Below, one piece after another: positions 9,879 through 17,368 of a stretch of 64,000 nucleotides of DNA. Each line of letters opens with the position of its first letter. Positions within the stretch are counted from its first letter, which is position 1. Both the position numbers and the translations under genes were made by a program. The notes under the pieces were generated by a model. The model had not been told where the DNA came from and made no database searches. It saw nothing but the letters and a program-made list of their open reading frames with translations. The stretch is from Spirochaetaceae bacterium (GTDB lineage Bacteria; Spirochaetota; Spirochaetia; DSM-2461). The stretch covers positions 1 to 64,000 of the forward strand of contig OZ245056.1 in NCBI GenBank assembly GCA_965224705.1, given 5' to 3'.

Positions 9879-12000
9879 TCAACTCAACATACGCTGCGGC
9901 TGCCGGACAAGCCCTCTCTCCATGATCCAGACGCAATCCGCAATTGATCAACTTCACAGCCTTTTGCCCTTCATCAACTGGACCGTCATCCCCTTCTCAT
10001 CACCTGGTGACCGGGATGCAAAACTTGATCTCCGGGAAGGCCCTGAGGATTTCTTTACCAGAGATCTCGATGAAGCTGTACAGAGAAGAGATATTGATTG
10101 TGCCATACACAGTGCCAAGGATCTTCCGCCCAGTGGTTCAAAAAATATGGATTGGTTCTGGCTGCCCTGGAAGGACGATCCCGGGGATGCCCTTGTATTG
10201 AGAGAGGGAGAATCAGCAGAGGCATTGAACAACGGGGGCCGTATCGGTGTGAGTTCAGACAGACGTTACCGATGGTGTACAGAGCACTATCCTTCAGCCG
10301 AACTTCTTTCGATTCGAGGCAATATTGAAAGCCGATTAGCTCAACTGGATAAGGGGAGTTTTGATGCAGTGGTCATGGCCGTCGCTGCACTAAACAGATT
10401 ATCTCTTACCAACCGTATAACAAAAATTATTCCACTCAGTGAACTTCCTACCCCTGCAGGACAGGGATATCTGGCTTTGAGCTTCTCACAGGGTCATTCT
10501 TTCTTCCAGAAGCTGAGAGCGCTGCTGCTCCCCCCTGTTCGCTTCGTCGGAGCCGGGGCCGGTGAGGCGGGCTGGATAGCAGAATACGCAGGGGGGGCCC
10601 TGGAGCAGGCCGAAGTATGTCTCCACGATGCCCTTATTGACAACAGGCTGCTGCACAGACTGCCTGTTGATTGCCAGCAAATTCCGGTGGGAAAACGTTT
10701 CGGAGAGCATTCCCACAGCCAGGATGCAATCTGTTCTCTTCTTGTTCAATATGCCCGCCAGGGAAAGAAAGTCGTCAGGCTCAAAGGGGGCGATCCGGGC
10801 ATCTTCGGTCGACTCAGTGAAGAAACGGCATCACTGGATGCCATGACGATACCCCACATTGTATATCCTGGTATCAGTGCCATGACTCTGGGAACCACAG
10901 GGACGGGGTTATTGCTCACCAGTAGAGGACTCAGTCGGGGATTCAGAGTTTACACCCCAGATCGTTCATCATTCTCTCATGATTCCACGAGTATCTTTCC
11001 AGACAACAAAGATATTCCAGCCGTTTTATACATGAGTCTCAGTGAGTTAAAATCGGTCAGGGAGTATTTTCTCAAGGAAGGGTTTTCAAAAGACACGAAT
11101 TGTGCCGCGGTGTATGCAGCTGGCACGTCTGAGGAGGAGATTCACCACTGTTCATTAGACAACCTTGAACATCTTCCTGATCCCGGGGGGAAAACAGGAC
11201 TCATCCTGGTCAATCTACCTATAAATAAACCCTATCATAGAAGTGGTCCTCTTTGTGGAGACCGAATTCTTCTCACCTGCAGCACAGAACTGCTGGATAG
11301 AGCCCGTCTGGGAGTCGAAAATGCAGGAGGTCGACCCGTTCTTTTGCCCCTGATTCAGCAAGAATACATGGAAGGCAGCCTGCCCTCTCCGAAAGAAATC
11401 ACCCGGTATGATTGGATTGTCCTCACCTCACCCATGGCCATCCGAATATTCCTTACCGCCTACAGGGAATCAGGGGGTGATTATCGCTGTCTGCCCAGAA
11501 TTATGGTGTGTGGTACGTCCTCCGCCAGAGTTCTCAATTCCCATGGTTTGATACCTGATTTGATACCTGATACCGGCTCTGATACGAATGCCCTTGCAGA
11601 AGCGGCCCGGTCAGTCATTTTACCTGAAGAGCGCATTTTGCGCCTTCGATCCGATGCGGCAGGTACAGGACTTGGAAAAAAACTGTCTGAACTCTGCACT
11701 GAAATCAACGACATCGAATTCTACCGAACTGCGGGGATACCCACAGATAAACCATGTCCGCCGTTTGAAGCCGCATTCTTTGCTTCCAGTTCTGCTGCTC
11801 AGATCTATCAAGAATACTGGGGAGTGGATTCACTCAGGAATAAACCGATTCTGGCACTGGGACAGCCTGTACGACAGTTGCTGGAATCAATGGGTTTGAA
11901 TAATATAATCGTTGCAGAACAAAGCGATGCCGAAGAAGCTATACAGGCGCTGGCCATAGAATACTTTCGACAGATGGTGAAAGAAAATGGGATTTCCTGA
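9853..12000 (+). CDS. Triple fusion: HemC domains 1-2 / uroporphyrinogen-III C-methyltransferase (CobA) / uroporphyrinogen-III synthase (HemD)
   Basis: HemC: RTSPLS, GDRD, FTRDLD, HSAKDLP, IRGNIESRL, GQG; CobA: FVGAG, RLKGGDPGIFGR, PGISA; HemD: YDWIVLTSP, FASSSA. Start moved to ATG 9853 (ORF track uses GTG 9844). Confidence 0.88.
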   Translation: MKNSSQQFNQLNIRCGCRTSPLSMIQTQSAIDQLHSLLPFINWTVIPFSSPGDRDAKLDLREGPEDFFTRDLDEAVQRRDIDCAIHSAKDLPPSGSKNMDWFWLPWKDDPGDALVLREGESAEALNNGGRIGVSSDRRYRWCTEHYPSAELLSIRGNIESRLAQLDKGSFDAVVMAVAALNRLSLTNRITKIIPLSELPTPAGQGYLALSFSQGHSFFQKLRALLLPPVRFVGAGAGEAGWIAEYAGGALEQAEVCLHDALIDNRLLHRLPVDCQQIPVGKRFGEHSHSQDAICSLLVQYARQGKKVVRLKGGDPGIFGRLSEETASLDAMTIPHIVYPGISAMTLGTTGTGLLLTSRGLSRGFRVYTPDRSSFSHDSTSIFPDNKDIPAVLYMSLSELKSVREYFLKEGFSKDTNCAAVYAAGTSEEEIHHCSLDNLEHLPDPGGKTGLILVNLPINKPYHRSGPLCGDRILLTCSTELLDRARLGVENAGGRPVLLPLIQQEYMEGSLPSPKEITRYDWIVLTSPMAIRIFLTAYRESGGDYRCLPRIMVCGTSSARVLNSHGLIPDLIPDTGSDTNALAEAARSVILPEERILRLRSDAAGTGLGKKLSELCTEINDIEFYRTAGIPTDKPCPPFEAAFFASSSAAQIYQEYWGVDSLRNKPILALGQPVRQLLESMGLNNIIVAEQSDAEEAIQALAIEYFRQMVKENGIS

Positions 12001-12976
12001 AACACGTTTACGCCGACTCAGGCAAAACTCTGCCATGAGGAGTCTATTTGATTCCCCCTGGCCGGGGCCGGGGAAGTTTATCTGGCCAGTATTCTGCCAT
12101 CCCGGTAAGGGCAAAACAGCCATTGATGCCATGCCCGGCCAGTTTCGCCTGGGACTTGATTCCCTCAAAGAGGAAGTTGAGGCAATCATTCATCAGGGAA
12201 TTGGCGGGATTCTTCTTTTCGGGATCCCAGAATCGGATGCAAAAACTTCCGATGGACGGGAAGCGGCCTGTGATGATGGAATTGTTCCCACTGCTGTCCG
12301 AGCATTGAAGGAATCCTTCCCTGAACTACTTGTGTTGACTGATGTTTGCCTCTGTGCATATACGGAACATGGGCACTGTGGACCATTGAACTCACGGGGG
12401 GATGTCGATAACGATGCCGCCCTGAAAATGCTGGTGGAAACGGCTCACTGTCATGCCCGGGCTGGAGCTGATATCGTCTCACCCAGTGCAATGATGGACG
12501 GTCAGGTACGGGCAATCCGGAACGAACTGGATAAGAACGGTTTCCCTGAGACTCTCATTATGAGTTATTCCACCAAGTTTGCCTCATCTCTGTATGATCC
12601 CTTCAGAGAGGCCGAGAAATCAGCTCCCGGACATGGAAATCGCAAAGGCTACCAGCAAAGCTTCCGTTCCCGCCACCAGGCCATTAGAGAATCACTGGAA
12701 GATGAAATAGAAGGTGCTGACATCCTGATGGTCAAACCCTCTCTCTGGTACCTGGACATCATTCAGAGTATTAAAGAAAAAACTCTCCTTCCTGTAGCAG
12801 CCTACAATGTAAGCGGTGAATACTCTATGCTCCATGCAGCCGCCGGTCATGGCTGGGGGAATCTCAATGAAATGGTACAGGAATCACTCTTCGCCCTGGA
12901 ACGGGCGGGAGTGGATATCATCATCTCGTACTGGGCCAGATACTACTCCTCCTATTTTCCAGGAAACCGGGAATGA
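11987..12976 (+). CDS. hemB: Porphobilinogen synthase, Zn-type
   Basis: RLRRLR, DVCLCAYTEHGHCG, SAMMDG, MSYSTKF, LMVKP, YNVSGEY. Confidence 0.96.
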   Translation: MGFPETRLRRLRQNSAMRSLFDSPWPGPGKFIWPVFCHPGKGKTAIDAMPGQFRLGLDSLKEEVEAIIHQGIGGILLFGIPESDAKTSDGREAACDDGIVPTAVRALKESFPELLVLTDVCLCAYTEHGHCGPLNSRGDVDNDAALKMLVETAHCHARAGADIVSPSAMMDGQVRAIRNELDKNGFPETLIMSYSTKFASSLYDPFREAEKSAPGHGNRKGYQQSFRSRHQAIRESLEDEIEGADILMVKPSLWYLDIIQSIKEKTLLPVAAYNVSGEYSMLHAAAGHGWGNLNEMVQESLFALERAGVDIIISYWARYYSSYFPGNRE

Positions 12977-14259
12977 CCAACAAAACGTGTTTTGACAGAG
13001 CGGTCAAGGTAATACCCGGAGGAGTTAATTCACCAGTGCGTTCATTTTCTTCCGTTGGCGGCACACCGATCTGCATCCAGAAGGCGCAGGGTGCATACCT
13101 TACAACAGTGGAAGGGAAGACCCTCCTGGATTTCTGCCAATCCTGGGGGCCGCTGATTTTTGGCCATGGTGACCAGGATGTACTCCATGCCGTCCATCAG
13201 GCAGTGGACAGAGGGCTTTCCTATGGCTGCAATCACGCCGGTGAGGCAGAGCTGGCTGAATTAATCCTCGGAATGATTCCCCATGCCAACCGCCTGAGGT
13301 TGGTCAATTCCGGAACTGAGGCCGTTATGACAGCTCTGCGTCTTGCCCGAGCCGCAACAGGGAGATCAAAAACAGTTAAATTCGATGGCTGCTACCATGG
13401 TCACTCAGACTCTCTGCTGGTGGGAGCAGGAAGTGGATTGCTGACAGGAGGAACTTCATCATCTCTGGGAGTACCCCAGAGTCTGGTAAACGATGTCCAT
13501 GTCCTGCCCTACAACAATCTTAAATCCGCAGAGGAACTTTTTTCTGCTGTCGGCAGTCAAATTGCATCCGTCATTGTAGAACCAGTGGCCGGTAATATGG
13601 GTCTCATCAACCCGATCCCCGGATTTCTGGAGGGCTTGAGAACTCTTACTGAAAAAAGTGAATCCCTGCTCATATTTGATGAAGTTATCACCGGCTTTCG
13701 CCTGCATGCAGGAACCTATGCAGAACTTTCCGGGGTGAGGCCGGATATTACAGTTTTGGGAAAAATCATCGGAGGAGGTATGCCCATCGGAGGAATTGTC
13801 GGCCCTGAGGCAGTAATGGAATTGCTTGCTCCTCTGGGTAGAGTATACCAGGCGGGAACTCTCAGCGGAAATCCTGTGGCCGTTGCTGCAGGAATCGCAA
13901 CTCTCAGCAAATTACAGAAAAAAGGGGAATCCCTGTACAGGCGGTTGGAGGAGATGACCGGGCGCATTGCTCAGGGAATGGAATCTGCGGCCGAACTCAA
14001 TGGCATCAGTATTGCCATGTCCCATACCGGAGGAATTTTTACCCCATTCTTTCTTGAAAAACTGCCCACAAACCTCACTGAAGCTAAGGAAGTGAATACT
14101 GATCTATATGCTCGATTCTTTCATGGGATGCTCAGCAGAGGCATCTATTTACCACCATCTCCCTTTGAGGCAGCGTTTTTCAGTGATGCTCATACGGATG
14201 TGGAGGTCATTTTAATGCTCAAGACTGCTGCTGATGTTTTTGAGGAGATGCAAACGTAG
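12973..14259 (+). CDS. hemL: Glutamate-1-semialdehyde 2,1-aminomutase
   Basis: IPGGVNSPVR, NSGTEA, GCYHGH, FDEVITGFR, GKIIGGGMP, QAGTLSGNP. Confidence 0.96.
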   Translation: MTNKTCFDRAVKVIPGGVNSPVRSFSSVGGTPICIQKAQGAYLTTVEGKTLLDFCQSWGPLIFGHGDQDVLHAVHQAVDRGLSYGCNHAGEAELAELILGMIPHANRLRLVNSGTEAVMTALRLARAATGRSKTVKFDGCYHGHSDSLLVGAGSGLLTGGTSSSLGVPQSLVNDVHVLPYNNLKSAEELFSAVGSQIASVIVEPVAGNMGLINPIPGFLEGLRTLTEKSESLLIFDEVITGFRLHAGTYAELSGVRPDITVLGKIIGGGMPIGGIVGPEAVMELLAPLGRVYQAGTLSGNPVAVAAGIATLSKLQKKGESLYRRLEEMTGRIAQGMESAAELNGISIAMSHTGGIFTPFFLEKLPTNLTEAKEVNTDLYARFFHGMLSRGIYLPPSPFEAAFFSDAHTDVEVILMLKTAADVFEEMQT

Positions 14260-15514
14260 TGTCAGAAAGCCTGTAAAACCCCCTTCAACCCATTCCGGGA
14301 GTCCAATCTCCTCCTAAACCTTCACATACAGCGGATCATAACGGCCGGATTCCACTCCCGGATTACGCCACTCACACAGCCAGGTTTTCTTCTCTGCCAC
14401 ACCCAGATTGACCCTGCTCAAAAAGGCCCTCTTCAACCAGTACCTGCCTACTGCCTTGCGAAGTTTCTTCCTGGTGATCCCGGCCTTCTCAGCATGAGTT
14501 GTGTCCTTCTTCTTCCGGGCCTCCTTCACCCGCCATGGAATCATGCAGTTGTGGTAGTGACGATAAAGAACAAATCGTATCATCATCGCAGCGGGAGATT
14601 TGGCAAACTTGACCGTCTCCCTGACATGATCTGAAATATCTTTCCTGATCTGACGGTCAATGTAGTTAATAGGAAACATCGGGTTATCCATGGTTCTGGC
14701 CGACCTTGAAGATGTCATGACCCGGATGAAGAAGTGGAGAAAATGCTCGGTTTTCGCAAAGGCCCGGGTGTATGCCCTGTGCATATCCGTGAAGAGAAGC
14801 TTATGCACAACCTTTTTCTTCATAAGGAATTGAATCAAATCTTCTGTCAGACTTCTCACCGATTTCTCAATGGCCCCGGGATCCGCCCTGCCCCTGGCCT
14901 CCAGCTTTTTTCGGATCAATTTCTGACGGGAAGTCATTCTTCCTTTCCGCCTGAGATTGGCAAACCCGGTCTCATAGATGAACTCGGACTCACTTCCGGC
15001 AAAGATGTTGATGTGGTTGGGATAGTATTGAGAGAAGGAAAAGGACTCCAGTCCATCGGCGGCCATGGATTCCCTCATGGGGAGTTTTTTCAACAGCCGG
15101 GCATGGATTGCCATGGCGGAACGGGCCAGTCTTTCGCATCGGTTCTGCACCGTATCGGAAGAAACCTCCAGGTGACGGCTGATGTCATTCACACCGGAAG
15201 AGGTCACCAGCTGCTGTAGAAGTTCCTCGTAGTCGATGACTTTTTTCGCATAGTAATCGATTGAAAAAGTCTGGGCGGAAAAGGTTCTTTTGCAGTCATT
15301 GCAGATGTATCGCTGGACTGTTCCGAATGCTTCAGTGTGGTAGGAACTGTGTATCGAAAACCAGTTTTTTTGCTCTGGGGCACTGAAATGGATACATTTC
15401 GGGTTGGGACAGTGAGGGAATAACATGGTCAAACTCCTTTATAAATTGTTTTCTTACTATGTTATAACGAGCCTGACAGGAGTTTTTTGCTGCATTAACA
15501 AGCTTTCTGACACT
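14258..15514 (-). mobile_element. 1257-bp IS-like element with family-2 TIRs; probable autonomous partner of the family-2 MITEs
   Basis: Left AGTGTCAGAAAGCCTGTAAA; right TTAACAAGCTTTCTGACACT (ends 15514); encloses a single transposase-like ORF; no TSD visible. Confidence 0.8.
14314..15432 (-). CDS. IS1/IS1595-like transposase (Zn-ribbon, HTH, RNase H-like catalytic region)
   Basis: CPNPKC...QRYICNDCKRTFS Zn-ribbon; SGVNDISRHLEVSSDTV HTH; ADGLESF, FTDMHRAY, NYIDRQIR candidate catalytic motifs; framed by TIRs. Confidence 0.7.
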   Translation of the reverse strand: MTMLFPHCPNPKCIHFSAPEQKNWFSIHSSYHTEAFGTVQRYICNDCKRTFSAQTFSIDYYAKKVIDYEELLQQLVTSSGVNDISRHLEVSSDTVQNRCERLARSAMAIHARLLKKLPMRESMAADGLESFSFSQYYPNHINIFAGSESEFIYETGFANLRRKGRMTSRQKLIRKKLEARGRADPGAIEKSVRSLTEDLIQFLMKKKVVHKLLFTDMHRAYTRAFAKTEHFLHFFIRVMTSSRSARTMDNPMFPINYIDRQIRKDISDHVRETVKFAKSPAAMMIRFVLYRHYHNCMIPWRVKEARKKKDTTHAEKAGITRKKLRKAVGRYWLKRAFLSRVNLGVAEKKTWLCEWRNPGVESGRYDPLYVKV

Positions 15515-15597
15515 GAGTATTTTCCTACCTGAAGTTAGAGATAATCTTTTGGAATCTTCCCCATAATCCAGAATGGGCATGGAAAACCATGTATCCG

Positions 15598-15626
15598 TTG
15601 ACCCCACATACAAATTAAGATACTGT
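15598..15626 (+). promoter_or_regulatory. Putative tRNA promoter
   Basis: TTGACC, 17 bp, TACTGT, 15 nt upstream of the mature tRNA. Confidence 0.5.
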
Positions 15627-15641
15627 GGGGACGATTGTAAT

Positions 15642-15713
15642 CGGGATGTAGCGCAGGGGGAGCGCGCCTCGTTCGGGACGAGGAGGCCGTGGGTTCAAAT
15701 CCCACCATCCCGA
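15642..15713 (+). tRNA. tRNA-Pro (anticodon CGG); CCA not encoded
   Basis: Acceptor CGGGATG/CATCCCG; D-stem GCGC/GCGC; anticodon arm CCTCG-TTCGGGA-CGAGG; T-arm GTGGG-TTCAAAT-CCCAC. Confidence 0.95.
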
Positions 15714-15765
15714 ATTCCCTTCAATACTTTATCTAATCCAGATAACTTTCCGATGATGGAATAGT

Positions 15766-16557
15766 ATGCATGGGAATTTGCGCTTAATACTTGTGGTATG
15801 TCTTCATTTTATTCTCGCCGATATGGCCTTCACCGGAAGTATCCATGTGTTATCCCGTGGTGATACTCTGTATTCCCTGGCCCGACGCTATGATGTTACA
15901 GTTGCTGAGTTATTGAAAGAAAACAGTATTACTGATCCATCTTCCCTCTCAATTGGAACCAGACTTTTAATCCCGGACAGTGCAAATCCCAATCCTCCAG
16001 AATATGAAACATATAAGGTTGTCAAAGGTGATACCTATTACAGTATCGCACGACGTTTTAACATGACCGTCAAGACTCTACAGCGGATCAATATGAAATC
16101 AGAAAATCAACTCCTCACAGTAGGTGAAATCTTAAAAGTTGATAAAACCATTGAGGCCGCTGATATCCGACCAGCATATCTCACTGGAGTATCCCAGGCT
16201 AATTCAGTTCCATGGTGGCCGGTTGCTGGAAAGATACGTCCGCTGGAAGGAAAACTGAGCGGGGTTTCTATTGAAGCTGTCTCCATGAGTTATATTCATG
16301 CTGTTGCTGCTGGCAGCGTGGTATGGACTGGTCCTTATCGTGAATTTGGGAATGTCGTCCTGATTGATTCCGGCAGTTATATCTATCTCTACGGCGGCAA
16401 TGAAGATCTTTTTGTGAATGTTGGTCAGCCCATAAATGCCGGAAGCAGAATCGGACGCCTTGGAAATTCAGATTCCGATGGGAACCGGCAATACTCATAT
16501 TTCTCAGTGTTTCGAGAGGGCATTCCGGTACCACCTGAGGATGCACCCAGAGGCTGA
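15766..16557 (+). CDS. Exported 2xLysM + degenerate M23 peptidase-like protein
   Basis: GDTLYSLARRY and GDTYYSIARRF LysM repeats; WPVAG...AVAAGSV...FGNVVLI M23 fold without HxxxD/HxH. Confidence 0.85.
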   Translation: MHGNLRLILVVCLHFILADMAFTGSIHVLSRGDTLYSLARRYDVTVAELLKENSITDPSSLSIGTRLLIPDSANPNPPEYETYKVVKGDTYYSIARRFNMTVKTLQRINMKSENQLLTVGEILKVDKTIEAADIRPAYLTGVSQANSVPWWPVAGKIRPLEGKLSGVSIEAVSMSYIHAVAAGSVVWTGPYREFGNVVLIDSGSYIYLYGGNEDLFVNVGQPINAGSRIGRLGNSDSDGNRQYSYFSVFREGIPVPPEDAPRG

Positions 16558-16571
16558 TGCCCTGATACATT

Positions 16572-16850
16572 ATGAAGAAAAATTCTGTGCACTTCTATGT
16601 AACTCCCAGAGATTCATTCTCCAGAAGACACATGGAAAATGATGAATCCACACTTTTTGACGATCTGGAATCTCCCTTTACAGAGGCAGGACGACATCTT
16701 ACTCCAGGGCATGTATACCCAGTTCTGGGAATAAGCGAGGATGTTCGTCAACTAAAAACTATTGATGATAAAGGCAATATCTATACAGGTTTAATAGGAT
16801 TATTCAAATTTGTCAGAGATGAATCAGGAACACCTCGACATACTTGGTGA
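16572..16850 (+). CDS. Small hypothetical protein
   Basis: 92-aa ORF filling the gap between co-oriented genes; no recognised motif. Confidence 0.55.
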   Translation: MKKNSVHFYVTPRDSFSRRHMENDESTLFDDLESPFTEAGRHLTPGHVYPVLGISEDVRQLKTIDDKGNIYTGLIGLFKFVRDESGTPRHTW

Positions 16851-16870
16851 ACCATTTATACTATCAGACT

Positions 16871-17368
16871 ATGAGACAGAGCAAAGCAATTAATGAATTG
16901 GTGGAGGCAGCCAACCTGCTTACAGCCGAACCCGATCCTGTTAATATGCTTATGGTACTTCTGAGAATTTCTTCTGATTACTCACTTTCTGAAATTGCAT
17001 GCCTCTACCTCAAAAAAGATTCTACTGCGGTGATGGAATTGCTCCATCACCAGGGCCCTGGTACCGTTCCAGAATCATTGCCCTGTGAATCAGAGCTGAT
17101 TCAATTTCTGGAAGAATGCAGAGAAGCCATTGTTGTACACCATCGAAGTCAGGATTTATGCTCTGGAATACTGCTGCACGATGAAGTTAACAGTGGAATC
17201 GCATTGCCAATATTCAGCCAAAAACAATTCTATGGTGCTCTGTTTCTAAACAGCAGAAATGAGTATCATTACGGGAACAGCACCCTACAGCATGTCAATG
17301 CACTTTCACTCCTGGCTGGAGGACTATTAAAAAACCCCGTATTCAAATTCAAAGGTCTGCAAGTATGA
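16871..17368 (+). CDS. Stand-alone GAF-domain protein
   Basis: SGIALPIFSQKQFYGALFLNS GAF signature; ATG 16871 preferred over TTG 16844. Confidence 0.75.
   Translation: MRQSKAINELVEAANLLTAEPDPVNMLMVLLRISSDYSLSEIACLYLKKDSTAVMELLHHQGPGTVPESLPCESELIQFLEECREAIVVHHRSQDLCSGILLHDEVNSGIALPIFSQKQFYGALFLNSRNEYHYGNSTLQHVNALSLLAGGLLKNPVFKFKGLQV

Noticed and set aside
15642..15713. tRNA-targeted integrative element or prophage
   Set aside because: No integrase and no duplicated tRNA 3' end seen in the window
15573..15764. 63-aa ORF
   Set aside because: It overlaps tRNA-Pro
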